Notes: a model not told the origin generated them from the sequence alone. 64,000 bases of DNA from an uncultured Gemmatimonadales bacterium (GCA_963741945.1 CAVUKA010000001.1:800001-864000); one strand, 5' to 3'. Shown: positions 21,102 through 31,714, counted from the first letter of the stretch. Translations and numbers: made by a program.

Positions 21102-23051
21102 TCAGCGGGCGGGGCAGCCCCCCAGCAGGCGCGTGGCTCCCGGGCGGGTGAGGACACCCCGCTCGGCCACGTGACGGATCTCGGCGACCATGTCCGGGCG
21201 GTAGCCCCGCCCCCAGAGGTAGACGAAGCCGGTGCCCTCGGCGCCGCCGAACGACCGGACGAACGCCGCCGGCCGCCCCAGCTCGTTACGGGCCAGCACC
21301 GTGGCTTCGCCGACGGAGTCGGGGGAGAACGCGGCCAGGTGGACCCGCGCCAGCCCCCACGCCTTCCCGGCCGGCGTCGGAGTGGCGGCGTAGTCGCTGG
21401 CGCCGGCCGTCGCCAGGTCGATGCCGGTGAGCGCGGCGGCCCGGGCCGGCTCGAAGGCCCTGGGCCGGCCCGTCGAATCCCGCACCAGCGCAAGCGGCGG
21501 GATCCCCGTCCAGACCACTTTCCCGCCTGCGTCCAGCCAGCGGCGCAGCAGTCCCGCTGAGTCGCCGGTCGGGGCCACGGCGGATGGTACGTGGTCGAGG
21601 GCGAACACGACCACGCCGGGCGCGTGGTCGCGCAGCCGCCCGGTGAGGTACCGCTCCAGCGCGGCCGCGTCGAGCCGTTCGTAGCCGGCGCGGGCCAGGT
21701 CATCGGCCAGGCGGGCGGCGCCGGGCGTGGCCGCGAAGCCGGCGAGCGCGCTGTCGTAGAACACCGCCAGATGAGGCGTTCCGGACGCGGGCGCGCTCGC
21801 GGCCCCCGGCGACGGCTCGCCGGCACGGAGCGCGTGGACGATCCCGGCGTCGTCACCGAACAGCACGAGGTCGCCGGCCACCACGGGCGACGACTGGATC
21901 ATGTCGCCCGCGGTGTAGCGCCAGAGCGTCTCCCCGGACACGGCGTCGAGGGCGGTGAGCACGCCGTCGTTTCCGGGCACGAGCAGCACATCGCCTGCCA
22001 GCGATGGCGAGCCGAGCACGCGCGTCCCCATGTCCACGCGCCACCTGCGGGCGCCGGTGTCCGCGTCCAGCGCTTCGACCACGTGGGCGTCGGACGTGCC
22101 GGTATAGACCGCGCCGCCGCCCACTGCGGGCGAGGAGACCACCCAGGACGGGGCGTAGTCGGCCACCCAGACCCGTTCTCCCGTGGCCGCATCGAGGGCG
22201 TAGAGGCGGCCATCGCGACCGCCCACGTAGACGCGCCCGTCCACCACGGCAGGCGACGCCTGGACCGTGCGGCGATCGAAGCCGAACGCCGCCGAGTTGA
22301 GAGAGGCGCCCTCCGTCGGGGATCTCCAGACCACGCTGTCAGTGGTGAGGTCGATGGCGTAGACCACCCCATCCGCGCCGCCGACGAACGCCCGCCCCTG
22401 CGCCAGCGCCGGCGAAGAGCGGAGGCGGGCGCCCAGATCGGTCGTGCGCAGGATCTCACCATCGCTCAGGCGGACGCGTCGCAGAACGCCGTCCCGCCCC
22501 GCGAGCACGACCTGACCGTTCGCCACCGCGGGCGACGCCGTGAAGTAGTCCCACCCTTCTCGCCCCCAGGGGAGCGGCAGCTCGGGACCCTCGTTCAGCG
22601 TCCACACCTCGCCGCCGTCGGAGGCGCGCACCGCGTGGACCCGGCCATCGCGGGCGGTCGCCACCACGATGCCGGCTGCCACGGCGGGCGAGGACGCGCT
22701 GGGCACCCCGAGCTCGGCACGCCAGCGGGTCTCCCCCGTGGCCAGGTCCAGCGCCCGCAGCCATCCATCCCCGCCGGCCACGTACGCCGCGTCACCTACC
22801 ACCGCCACCGAGCCGCGCACCGCCCCACCCGTGCACGCGCTCCACTCCACGCGCCGGAGGGCGCGGAAGTCCCCGCCGTCGTAGGCGCCCGTGTGGCTCG
22901 CCCCGCCCCGGAACTGCGCGCTGGCCGGGCTGCCCTGGCCATCCGGCGGGGCCGCACCCTGCGCGCAGGCGGAAAGGAGGAGGAGGAGAAGGAGGGGGAG
23001 GGAAAACGGGCCGCGCGGGCGCGGAAGGGCAGTCTTGCATCTATGCTTCAT
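21102..23051 (-). CDS. PQQ-repeat (BamB-like) beta-propeller lipoprotein
   Basis: Lipobox LSAC; QFRGG..HTG; repeated SSPAV...G..DG.LYALDA.TG...W. Confidence 0.8.
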   Translation of the reverse strand: MKHRCKTALPRPRGPFSLPLLLLLLLSACAQGAAPPDGQGSPASAQFRGGASHTGAYDGGDFRALRRVEWSACTGGAVRGSVAVVGDAAYVAGGDGWLRALDLATGETRWRAELGVPSASSPAVAAGIVVATARDGRVHAVRASDGGEVWTLNEGPELPLPWGREGWDYFTASPAVANGQVVLAGRDGVLRRVRLSDGEILRTTDLGARLRSSPALAQGRAFVGGADGVVYAIDLTTDSVVWRSPTEGASLNSAAFGFDRRTVQASPAVVDGRVYVGGRDGRLYALDAATGERVWVADYAPSWVVSSPAVGGGAVYTGTSDAHVVEALDADTGARRWRVDMGTRVLGSPSLAGDVLLVPGNDGVLTALDAVSGETLWRYTAGDMIQSSPVVAGDLVLFGDDAGIVHALRAGEPSPGAASAPASGTPHLAVFYDSALAGFAATPGAARLADDLARAGYERLDAAALERYLTGRLRDHAPGVVVFALDHVPSAVAPTGDSAGLLRRWLDAGGKVVWTGIPPLALVRDSTGRPRAFEPARAAALTGIDLATAGASDYAATPTPAGKAWGLARVHLAAFSPDSVGEATVLARNELGRPAAFVRSFGGAEGTGFVYLWGRGYRPDMVAEIRHVAERGVLTRPGATRLLGGCPAR

Positions 23052-23146
23052 CGTTCTGCATCGTCGCTGTGAACGTCGCGGCGGCTCGTCCCGCCGCCCG
23101 ACCAACGTATCAGGATCCCCGCCTGTGACGAACCTCCCACGATGGT

Positions 23147-23256
23147 GCCCTCCGCGTTCTCCGCGCCTTCGCGTGCCCTCCGCGGTTCTTCGTGCCCCCC
23201 GCAGTTCCGCGTGCCCTCCGCGGTTCTTCGTGCCCTCCGCGGCTCTCCGCGCCTCC
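23147..23256. repeat. Intergenic imperfect CTCCGCG/GTGCCCTCCGCGGTTCT repeat cluster
   Basis: Several copies of (G)CCCTCCGCG and CGTGCC units between divergent genes. Confidence 0.6.
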
Positions 23257-23333
23257 CCCCTCGCGCGACGGCGCCCCATGCTGTAGGCTTGCAGACCCGA
23301 CTCGATCCTCGACCCGCCCGATGGAGCCGATGC

Positions 23334-25034
23334 ATGGACCGAGCGCACCTTCTCGCCGTGGCTCGCGGCGATCAGCCTGCCGACCTCCTCTTCACGAACG
23401 CGCGCGTGGTGAACGTGTTCACGGGCGAGGTGGAGGAGGTGGACGTGGCGGTGGCGGAGGGTCTGGTGGCGGGTCTGGGCACCGGCTACCACGGCAGCGA
23501 CACCGTGGACGCGGGCGGTGCCTTTCTGGTCCCCGGGCTGATCGACGCCCACGTCCACATCGAGTCCAGCATGGTTGCGCCGCCGGAGTTCGCGCGGGCC
23601 GTGCTCCCCCGGGGCACCACCACGGTGGTGACGGATCCTCACGAGATCGCGAACGTCCACGGGCTGGACGGGATCCGGTGGATGCTGGCGGCGAGCGAGG
23701 GGCTGCCGCTGTCGGTGTTCGTGATGGCGAGCTCGTGCGTGCCCGCCACGCCGCTGGCCACCGCGGGCGCGGATCTCGATGCCGCCGCGCTGGCCGGGCT
23801 GGACCACCCGCGTGTCCTGGGGCTGGCGGAGCTCATGAACTTCCCCGGCGCGATCGGGGGCGATCCCGCCGTGATGGCGAAGCTGGAGGCGTTCGCCGGC
23901 CGGCCCATCGACGGCCACGCCCCGGGCGTGACGGGGCAGGAGCTCAACGCCTACGTGGCGGCGGGGCCGGGCTCGGACCACGAGTGCACCACGGCGCAGG
24001 AAGCCACGGAGAAGCTGCGGCGCGGTCTGCGGGTCTTCCTTCGGCAGGCGACGAACGCCCGGAATCTCCGGGCGCTGCTTCCGGCGCTCACGCCCGCCAA
24101 CCGCCGGCGTGCCGCGTTCTGCACCGATGATCGGCATCCGGGCGATCTCCTGGACGAGGGCGGCATCGACGCCATGGTCCGGATGGCAGTGGCGGAGGGC
24201 TTGGCTCCGGTCGAAGCCGTTCGCCTTGCGACGCTAAACCCGGCCGAGTTCTTCGGCCTGGCGGATCGCGGGGCGATCGCTCCCGGTCGGCGGGCCGACC
24301 TGGTCCTGGCCCCTGACCTGGACGACTTCCGCGCCGCGGCCGTTTATTCCGCCGGAAGACTGGTGGCCCGCGACGGCGAGATGACCGCCGACGTGCCTGC
24401 GCCCCCGCCGCCGCCCTCCCCTTCGATGCGCGTCGACTGGGGCAGCCTCGGTCTGGAAATCCCGGCGCGAGCCGGGCGCACCCGGGTCATCCGGATGGTG
24501 CCGGACCAGCTGATCACGGGCTCGGAGGCTGTAGCGCCGACGGTGGTGGACGGCCGGGTGGTCGCCGACCCCGGGCGTGACCTTCTGAAGATCGCGGTCA
24601 TCGAGCGACACACGGGCAGCGGCAGGGTCGGGCTCGGGCTGGTGTCGGGAATGGGGCTGCGCGAAGGAGCCATGGCGGGCACAGTGGCGCACGACCACCA
24701 CAACATCATCGTGATCGGGGCTACGGACGAGGACATGCTGATGGCGGCAAGGGAAGTGGCGGAAGCGGGCGGCGGCCTCGCCGTCGCCCGGGACGGCATG
24801 CTGATGGCCGCGCTGCCACTGCCGGTCGGGGGCCTGATGTCGCTGGAGCCGGTGGAGGCCGTGCGGGACGGTCTGGACGCGGTGATCGCGGCCGTCCGCT
24901 CCCTCGGCTCACCCCTGCACGACCCGTTCATGGCCATGTCGTTCCTGGGGCTGGAGGTCATCCCGTCACTGAAGATCACGGACCGCGGGCTGGTGGACGT
25001 GGACGCGTTCGCGGCCGTGGAGCTGTGGGCGTGA
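23334..25034 (+). CDS. ade: Adenine deaminase
   Basis: PGLIDAHVHIESSM, DPHEIANV, DGHAP, DHEC, CTDD, AHDHHN, LPLPVGGLMS, LEVIPSLKITDRGL. Confidence 0.95.
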   Translation: MDRAHLLAVARGDQPADLLFTNARVVNVFTGEVEEVDVAVAEGLVAGLGTGYHGSDTVDAGGAFLVPGLIDAHVHIESSMVAPPEFARAVLPRGTTTVVTDPHEIANVHGLDGIRWMLAASEGLPLSVFVMASSCVPATPLATAGADLDAAALAGLDHPRVLGLAELMNFPGAIGGDPAVMAKLEAFAGRPIDGHAPGVTGQELNAYVAAGPGSDHECTTAQEATEKLRRGLRVFLRQATNARNLRALLPALTPANRRRAAFCTDDRHPGDLLDEGGIDAMVRMAVAEGLAPVEAVRLATLNPAEFFGLADRGAIAPGRRADLVLAPDLDDFRAAAVYSAGRLVARDGEMTADVPAPPPPPSPSMRVDWGSLGLEIPARAGRTRVIRMVPDQLITGSEAVAPTVVDGRVVADPGRDLLKIAVIERHTGSGRVGLGLVSGMGLREGAMAGTVAHDHHNIIVIGATDEDMLMAAREVAEAGGGLAVARDGMLMAALPLPVGGLMSLEPVEAVRDGLDAVIAAVRSLGSPLHDPFMAMSFLGLEVIPSLKITDRGLVDVDAFAAVELWA

Positions 25035-27637
25035 GGGCGGGCGGCAGCCAGGGCGGCGGCCGTGACGCCGGCGCGCAGGCGGGGGACGCCCCGCACGGTC
25101 GCGGCTCCGGCACGCCCGGGTCGGTCGAGCTGACGCGGGACCTGGGCTTCTGGGACGTCACGCTCATCGGCGTGGGCGCCATGATCGGGGCGGGCATCTT
25201 CGTGCTGGTGGGATCGGCCGCGGGGCGGGCCGGGCCGGCCCTGCTGCTGGCGTTCGTGCTGAACGGCATTGTCGCGCTGCTCACGGCGCTGGTCTATGCC
25301 GAGCTGGGCAGCGCCATGCCGTCGGCGGGCGGCAGCTACGTCTTCATCCGGCAGGCGCTGCCCGGACCGTTCAGCTTCCTCGCGGGCTGGATGAGCTGGT
25401 TCGCCCACGCCGTGGCCGGGAGCCTGTACGCCCTGGGGTTCGGCAGCTTCCTGGTGGAAATCCTGCGCGTGGGCGGCTTCGATGTCGCCACGGCGGGATT
25501 CATGGCCGGGCTCCCGCACAACGTGCCGGAGCTCGGCTTCGGCGTGGCCATCGCGCTCCTCTTCTTCTTCATCAACTTCCGCGGCGCGAGCGAGACGGGG
25601 GCGGCGGGGCGGTTCGTGACCATGGCGAAGGTCCTGGTCATCTTCCTCTTCGTCGGTGGCGGGCTCCTGGTGCTGCTGCGCAATCCGGAGCGGCTCGCGG
25701 CGTTCCAGCCGTTCGCGCCGAACGGTCTGGCCGGCGTGTTCCTGGCCATGGGGATCACGTACGTGGCATTCGAGGGCTTCGAGGTGATCGTCCAGGCGGG
25801 AGAAGAGGTCAAGGACCCGAAGCGGACGATTCCGAAAGCGGTGATCACGGCCATGATCATCGTCATCCCCACGTACCTGCTGGTGAGCATCGCGCTGCTC
25901 GGCGCCATCGAACCGCCGCCCGGCGAGCCGTCCACCTGGCAGTGGCTCGGGAAGGTGAAGGAGCTCGGACTGGCCCGCGCCGCCGCGCAGGTCATGCCGT
26001 ACGGCAACATCGTCATCCTCCTGGGCGGCCTGCTCTCCACCATGAGCGCGCTGAACGCGACGACGTTCTCCGCCACCCGTGTCAGCTTCGCCATGGGCCG
26101 GGACCGGTTCCTTCCCGACTTCTTCTCCCGCATCCACCCGGAGCGGCGAACGCCGCACCTGGCGCTGGCGGGCACGGGCGCGCTGATCATCTTCATGCTC
26201 GTGGCGCTCCCGCTGGAGGGCGTGGCGGCCTCGGCGTCGCTGATGTTCCTGCTCCTGTTCTTCATGGTGAACGCCTCGTCGCTGTTCATCCGCTGGCGGT
26301 ACGGCGACAAGATGGCGTACGGCTACGTCACGCCGTTCTTCCCGGCCGTGCCGATCCTGGCTATCGCGATCCAGGCCCTCATCGCCAGTCAGATGCTCCA
26401 CTTCAGCACGGGTGTGCTCCTCACCGTCGTGGGCTGGCTCGCCGCCGGCGGAATGGTCTACTTCCTGTACTCCAGACGACGGGCGCGGGAGCTCGAGCCC
26501 GTGCCCGTGGTCGTTGCGGAGCGGACCGTTCTGGAAGGCTCGGGAAAGCCCCCGGTGGTCCTCCCCATCGCCCGGCCCTACGGCGTGGACGCGCTGGTGC
26601 GCACCGCCGCCGGCATCGCCCGCTCCCTCGACCGCCACGTCCTCCTGCTCCACGTGGTCACCGTGCCCGAGCAGCTGCCGATCTCCGCGGGGCTGCGGCT
26701 GGTGGAGGAGGGACGCGAGGAAGTGCGAGGCGTGGCCCGGATGCTCCGCGAGCTGGACGTGGAGGTGGAGCTCGTCGTCCGCCTCGCCCACCGTCCGGCC
26801 ACGGCCATCATCCGCACCATCGAGGCCCGGCGCGCGGACTTCTGCGTCCTCGGCTGGCGCGGCCACACGCACGGGCGGAACCGCGTCCTGGGAAGCAACC
26901 TGGATGCCATCCTGCGCGAGGCGAACTCGAACTTCGTGGTGATGCAGAACGTGGATCGACCGGTGCGGCGCGTGCTCTTCCCCGCCTCGAACCCGCTCCA
27001 GGCCCAGGTGGCGTTCGCCGTGGGGTACGGCCTCGCGCGAGCCGTGGACGCCGACCTGATCGACGTGGTCACCGTCTTCCCGGAGAACACCGAACGGGCG
27101 GAAGTGGACGAGCGCGTCATGGAGATGGCGCAGGCCGTGGGAGAGGCCGCGGGCGTCGAGATCGATGCGTGGGAGGACCCGGTGCGGCTGGACGGGCTGA
27201 CGGTGCACTTCCGGCCCGAGTACTCCAACGCCCCCGTGGACCGGATCCGCGCCATGAGCCAGGGCTACGACCTCCTCATCCTCGGCGCGGGCCCCGGCGG
27301 CATCGGCGGCCGGCACGTCCTCGGGAAGGTCACGTGGACGCTCGCCCGCAGCGCCCACTGCCCCACCGTGGCGGTGAAGCGGCGCACCGGTGGACTGCAC
27401 TTCCAGGTCCAGTCGTTCTTCGAGTTCTTCCGTGACCAGGCCCAGGCGCCGGCCGAGACCAAGGAGGAGGCCGCTCCCGGTGATGCCCCCGTGGACGACG
27501 CGGCGGCCGGGGGCGCGGCGGCGGCGGCCGGGGGCGCGGCGGCATCGGACGACCCGTCGGCGGAGGCGGCCACTCCCCCGGCACACGACACGCCCGAAGT
27601 GACCGGGCCCGACTCCGAGCCCGAGAGGGGGCGCTGA
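25031..27637 (+). CDS. APC-family amino acid permease with C-terminal universal stress protein domains
   Basis: GAMIGAGIF, YAELGSAMP.AGG.Y, ~12 TM helices, tandem USP-like domains; GTG start overlaps the ade stop. Confidence 0.88.
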   Translation: MRAGGSQGGGRDAGAQAGDAPHGRGSGTPGSVELTRDLGFWDVTLIGVGAMIGAGIFVLVGSAAGRAGPALLLAFVLNGIVALLTALVYAELGSAMPSAGGSYVFIRQALPGPFSFLAGWMSWFAHAVAGSLYALGFGSFLVEILRVGGFDVATAGFMAGLPHNVPELGFGVAIALLFFFINFRGASETGAAGRFVTMAKVLVIFLFVGGGLLVLLRNPERLAAFQPFAPNGLAGVFLAMGITYVAFEGFEVIVQAGEEVKDPKRTIPKAVITAMIIVIPTYLLVSIALLGAIEPPPGEPSTWQWLGKVKELGLARAAAQVMPYGNIVILLGGLLSTMSALNATTFSATRVSFAMGRDRFLPDFFSRIHPERRTPHLALAGTGALIIFMLVALPLEGVAASASLMFLLLFFMVNASSLFIRWRYGDKMAYGYVTPFFPAVPILAIAIQALIASQMLHFSTGVLLTVVGWLAAGGMVYFLYSRRRARELEPVPVVVAERTVLEGSGKPPVVLPIARPYGVDALVRTAAGIARSLDRHVLLLHVVTVPEQLPISAGLRLVEEGREEVRGVARMLRELDVEVELVVRLAHRPATAIIRTIEARRADFCVLGWRGHTHGRNRVLGSNLDAILREANSNFVVMQNVDRPVRRVLFPASNPLQAQVAFAVGYGLARAVDADLIDVVTVFPENTERAEVDERVMEMAQAVGEAAGVEIDAWEDPVRLDGLTVHFRPEYSNAPVDRIRAMSQGYDLLILGAGPGGIGGRHVLGKVTWTLARSAHCPTVAVKRRTGGLHFQVQSFFEFFRDQAQAPAETKEEAAPGDAPVDDAAAGGAAAAAGGAAASDDPSAEAATPPAHDTPEVTGPDSEPERGR

Positions 27638-27957
27638 TGCCGCTGGAAGAGCTGAGGAAGGAAGGGCTTCTCCTCCCCGAACGCCACTGGGGTCATTTCC
27701 CCAGGGCCAGCCTTCGCTCGCGCCTGTCCGTGCTCATCACGTTCTCCATAGGAATCGGCGCCGCGGCGGTCATCTGGTTCGGCGACGGCGGCTGGCTCAC
27801 GTTCCTGGGCACCGGCGTCTTCCTCGTCGACCTCTTCCTCATCCTCATCACCACCTTCCTGGTGGTCGACGCGCGCGTCGACCGTCTCGAAAGCATGGGC
27901 CTCGAAGGGGAGGTGGTGGGGCTGGAGGGAGGCCAGGCTCACGAGCCCGAGGAGTGA
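27637..27957 (+). CDS. Hypothetical membrane protein
   Basis: TGATG coupling to the permease; two TM helices. Confidence 0.65.
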   Translation: MPLEELRKEGLLLPERHWGHFPRASLRSRLSVLITFSIGIGAAAVIWFGDGGWLTFLGTGVFLVDLFLILITTFLVVDARVDRLESMGLEGEVVGLEGGQAHEPEE

Positions 27958-27991
27958 CGCCGCAGGGGGCGCCCCCGTTCGGCGCTCGCGT

Positions 27992-28594
27992 TCAGTTGCC
28001 GGCCTCGCCCCGGCAGCGGCGGAGGATCTCGCGGATCCGATCGCGCGGGCGGTCGAGCAGCGGAGAGCGCAGCGCGTCCGGGAAGGGGACCACGTAGTTT
28101 TCGGGACCGGCGCCACCGCGGTTCATGACGAGGGCGCTCCTGCGCTCGAACCCCAGCGCGATGGTGGTCCCGGGCGCGGACGGGTCCGGTGGCTGGCGGT
28201 ACATGGCCGATCCGCGGCCGTCGCTGTACGCCACCACTTCACCAGCCGAATCCAGCGTCACGGCGACGGAGCGTCGCGCCCGCCCGTCACCGGCGGCCCA
28301 GCGGAGCCGGAGCACCCGCTGCGCGCCGATCTTCACCGGCTCACCGCACTCGCCGGGCCCTTCCGCGGGCGCATCCCACGGCACTGAGAGCGTGACGCTG
28401 TCCAGCGGAACGGACCGGACGCGCACTTCCTGCGTGTCGGCCCCCATGATTCGCCGCATGCGCATCTCGGCCGGGCTGGCGCCGTTCCGGACTTCCGGCA
28501 CCGGCTGCCGGTGCGCGCACGCCGCCACCGCGCCCACGGCCAGAACGGCGGCCACAGCAGCGCGAACAGCACCCGGTCTCCGGCTCGTCTTCAT
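27992..28594 (-). CDS. Hypothetical lipoprotein
   Basis: GAGGAG RBS; signal peptide with VAAC lipobox. Confidence 0.6.
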   Translation of the reverse strand: MKTSRRPGAVRAAVAAVLAVGAVAACAHRQPVPEVRNGASPAEMRMRRIMGADTQEVRVRSVPLDSVTLSVPWDAPAEGPGECGEPVKIGAQRVLRLRWAAGDGRARRSVAVTLDSAGEVVAYSDGRGSAMYRQPPDPSAPGTTIALGFERRSALVMNRGGAGPENYVVPFPDALRSPLLDRPRDRIREILRRCRGEAGN

Positions 28595-28628
28595 CACGGC
28601 ACCACTCCTCAATTGGACCTTCTCGCTG

Positions 28629-28874
28629 CTACAGCGGCCGCGCGGGAACGTACACCTCGCCATCCAGGTCGTCCAGCTTTGCCTGCATCCACGCCCGGGC
28701 GTCCTGAACGGCCTGGTTGTAGACCTGCGGCCCCACCGCCTCCAGGAAGAAGTCCAGCAGGCGCTCCGCCCGAAACGCGCTCAGCTCCTCGTCGAACTCC
28801 TCCAGGTACACCCCCTGGAGCCCCGTCAGCATCCGCTTCCGCCGGTCCTCGTCCAGAACAACGCCCATGTCCAT
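28629..28874 (-). CDS. DUF2164 family protein
   Basis: F.AE.LLDFFLE..GP..YNQAV.DA motif. Confidence 0.85.
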   Translation of the reverse strand: MDMGVVLDEDRRKRMLTGLQGVYLEEFDEELSAFRAERLLDFFLEAVGPQVYNQAVQDARAWMQAKLDDLDGEVYVPARPL

Positions 28875-29065
28875 CTCTCCCGCCGCCGGAGGTCCGCGCG
28901 CCCTTCGTGGCCAAGGTGCCGTCCACGGGCGCGCCGCGCCAGGCCGCCGGCGAGGAGCGTGGCCCGGGGTCGGCCCGGCCGATCCCCAGGCTCTTGCTGG
29001 GGTACGCGTTGTCCGTAGGTTGATCGGCACACCAGCGGGGAAACGAAGTCAGAGGAGCATCTGAG

Positions 29066-29470
29066 ATGTCGCGTCGCAGAGGACAGGGGCCGCAGCAGCA
29101 GATCCGGGGATTCCGGCCGGGGAAGGAGCCGCCGCAGCTGAAGAAGCAGCGGGCGAAGCAGCAGTTCGGGGAAGTGAGCGCCACGCAGGAAAAGCTCATC
29201 GAGATGTTCGCCGAGCGCACGCCGGAGGAGTCGCACCGGATGCTGCGGCGGTGGCGGTTCGGGTTCCTGGGCGGCGCCATCGCGCTGGCGGTCGTGGGCG
29301 GGCTGCTCTTCCTCTGGTCCATCGTGGCCGCCGTCATCGTGGAAGTGCTGGCCGGGGTGGTGCTCTTCTTCTGGTGGCAGCTCCACCGTCAGCGGGACGC
29401 GTTCGAGGCCATGGCCGACACCGTGGGCGGACGGGCCGGGCGGAAGGGGAAGCCGAAGCGGAAGAAGTAG
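29066..29470 (+). CDS. Hypothetical two-TM protein
   Basis: AGAGGAG RBS; typical codon usage; two TM helices. Confidence 0.65.
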   Translation: MSRRRGQGPQQQIRGFRPGKEPPQLKKQRAKQQFGEVSATQEKLIEMFAERTPEESHRMLRRWRFGFLGGAIALAVVGGLLFLWSIVAAVIVEVLAGVVLFFWWQLHRQRDAFEAMADTVGGRAGRKGKPKRKK

Positions 29471-29532
29471 GACGGCGGGCGCGGCGCGGGCGCGGGGGCG
29501 CGGGGCGCGGCGGCGTGGCGCGGCGGCGGGGC

Positions 29533-29787
29533 TCAGACTTGGGTGCCGTCCACGTAGCACCAGCGCCAGGACTCGCCCGGCTCGAAGCTCCGGATGATCG
29601 GGTGCCCGGCGTCGTGGGCGTGCTTGCGCGCGTGCCGGTTCTTCGACGAGTCGCAGCATCCCACGTGGCCGCACGTCAGACAGAGGCGGAGGTGGACCCA
29701 GCTGTCCCCGGTCTCGAGGCACTCCTTGCAGCCGGCGCCGCTGGGCGTGACATCGCGAATGGAATCCAGGTGTGTGCAGGCAGGCAT
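29533..29787 (-). CDS. UBP-type zinc finger protein
   Basis: CTHL, C.EC, WVHLRLCLTCGHVGCCDSS..RHA..H, EPGE.W.WCY. Confidence 0.9.
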   Translation of the reverse strand: MPACTHLDSIRDVTPSGAGCKECLETGDSWVHLRLCLTCGHVGCCDSSKNRHARKHAHDAGHPIIRSFEPGESWRWCYVDGTQV

Positions 29788-29897
29788 GGCCGGAATATAA
29801 TCGCTCCCGCCGCCGTCCGTGCGTTCCGCGCACCGTGCGAGCGGCCCTGCTCCATCCGCGACCGCCGGCCTGGCGCCCGGGAGCGTGCGGGGGCCGC

Positions 29898-30128
29898 TCA
29901 GCCTTCCGCGGCCGCGCGGCGACGCCGACGCCGACGCACCAGGAAGACCACGAGCAAGACCGCCATCAGCACCAGCGCGGCCTTCAGCAGGAACGCCACC
30001 GCGCCGATCAGGAACGCCACCGCGGACACGGCCAGCGGGCCCAGCAGCCCGGTAAGGAAGCGGGCCAGCGCCAGGCCCAGCAGCGTCATGATCCCGCCCG
30101 TCATCAAATAGCTCGCGCGAATGCCCAC
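29898..30128 (-). CDS. Small membrane protein
   Basis: GAGGAAGG upstream of GTG; hydrophobic helices with Arg-rich tail. Confidence 0.55.
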   Translation of the reverse strand: MGIRASYLMTGGIMTLLGLALARFLTGLLGPLAVSAVAFLIGAVAFLLKAALVLMAVLLVVFLVRRRRRRRAAAEG

Positions 30129-30268
30129 GGCCCTTCCTCCGTTGCGGTTGCCCCGTTCACCCGGCGCTCCCTACGCGGCCAGCGCCGACGAGGATTCAGC
30201 GCCAGACGCCCAACCGCCGATGGCCCGCCCCGGTTGCGCGGTCCGCCCGCCCGCCCGACACTCCCCGC

Positions 30269-31573
30269 ATGCACAGACCACTCGCAGTGTTCGCCCTCGC
30301 GCTCGGCACCCTCGCCGCCGCCGCCCCGCTCGCCCCGCTCTCCGCGCAGCTCGATGCCACGGAGCGGCAGATCTCCACCTACATCCACGACCATGAGGAG
30401 GACGGCATCGACCTGCTCGCCCGCCAGGTCCGGATCGGAAGCGGGACGCAGGACACCGCCGGCATCCGTCGCCTGGCCGGGATGATGACGCCGGTGCTCG
30501 AGGAGCTCGGATTCGACGTGCGCTGGATCCCGGGAGGCGACACCGGGCGCGCCGGCCACCTCGTCGCCGAGCGCACCGGGCCCGTCGGCAAGCGCGTCCT
30601 CCTCATCGGCCACCTGGACACGGCGCTCGAGGGCGAGGGGTGGTTCGAGCGCGACGGGATGACGGCCCGGGGTCCGGGCGTCAACGACATGAAGGGCGGC
30701 AACACGGCCATTCTCATGGCGCTCCGGGCGCTCCACGCCGCGGGCGCGCTCGAAGGCCGCACCATCCGCGTCATCTTCACCGGCGACGAGGAGTCCCCCG
30801 GTGAGCCGCTGGCGAGCGCGAGGGCGCCGCTGGTGGCGCTCGCCGACTCCAGCGACGTGGCGCTGGAGTTCGAGACCGCCATCGCCGGCGACGAGCACGA
30901 CTACGCCAGCACGGCCCGCCGCGGCTCCACCACCTGGCTGCTGGAAGTCGGCGGGAACACCGCCCACTCCTCCGGCATCTTCTCCCCAGGCACCGGCGCG
31001 GGCGCGGTGTTCGAGGCCGCCCGCATCCTGGACACGTTCTACACCGAGCTGAAGGGCGAGCAGTACCTGACGTTCAACCCCGCCGTGATCGTGGGCGGCA
31101 CGGATGTGGAATACCACCCCGAGACCGTGCGTGGCAGCGCGTCGTCCAAGACCAACATCGTGCCGCAGCGCGTGGTGGTACACGGGGGGATCCGGACCAT
31201 AAGCGACGAGCAGCTCGCCAGCGCCCGGCGTCGCATGGAAGCCATCGTCGCCCGGCACCTGCCGGAGACCACCGCCACCATCACGTTCTCCGACGGCTAC
31301 CCCGGCATGCCGCCCACCGCCGGAAACCGGGAGCTGCTGGCGCTCTTCGATCGGGCCAGCCGCGACCTGGGCGAGGGACCGGTGGTGGAGTTCGACCCGG
31401 GCGGACGCGGCGCGTCCGACCTCTCCTTCGCCGCCGGCCACGTGGCCCTCGGCGCCCTGGGCGGGCTCGGCGTCGAAGGCGAGGGCGCGCACACGCCCGA
31501 CGAGGACGTGGACCTCACGTCCCTCGCCAAGTCCGCGGAGCGCGCGGCGCTGCTGATCTACCGGCTCCGGTAG
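30269..31573 (+). CDS. M20/M25/M40 metallopeptidase (carboxypeptidase G2-like), secreted
   Basis: Signal peptide; LIGHLDT, GPGVNDMKGG, TGDEE, GGRGASD, AHTPDE. Confidence 0.9.
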   Translation: MHRPLAVFALALGTLAAAAPLAPLSAQLDATERQISTYIHDHEEDGIDLLARQVRIGSGTQDTAGIRRLAGMMTPVLEELGFDVRWIPGGDTGRAGHLVAERTGPVGKRVLLIGHLDTALEGEGWFERDGMTARGPGVNDMKGGNTAILMALRALHAAGALEGRTIRVIFTGDEESPGEPLASARAPLVALADSSDVALEFETAIAGDEHDYASTARRGSTTWLLEVGGNTAHSSGIFSPGTGAGAVFEAARILDTFYTELKGEQYLTFNPAVIVGGTDVEYHPETVRGSASSKTNIVPQRVVVHGGIRTISDEQLASARRRMEAIVARHLPETTATITFSDGYPGMPPTAGNRELLALFDRASRDLGEGPVVEFDPGGRGASDLSFAAGHVALGALGGLGVEGEGAHTPDEDVDLTSLAKSAERAALLIYRLR

Positions 31574-31580
31574 CCGCCGG

Positions 31581-31714
31581 GGAGGCGCGAAGAGCGCGGA
31601 GGAACACCGTCACGCGGAGGCGCGAAGAGCGCGGAGGAACACCGTCACGCGGAGGCGCGAAGAGCGCGGAGGAACACTGTCACGCGGAGGCGCGAAGAGC
31701 GCGGAGGGACACCG
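31581..31714. repeat. 35-bp tandem repeat, ~3.8 copies
   Basis: Unit GGAGGCGCGAAGAGCGCGGAGGAACACCGTCACGC at 31581, 31616, 31651 and partial at 31686; no spacers. Confidence 0.9.

Noticed and set aside
31581-31714. Mini-CRISPR (35-bp repeats)
   Set aside because: Repeats are head-to-tail with no spacers.
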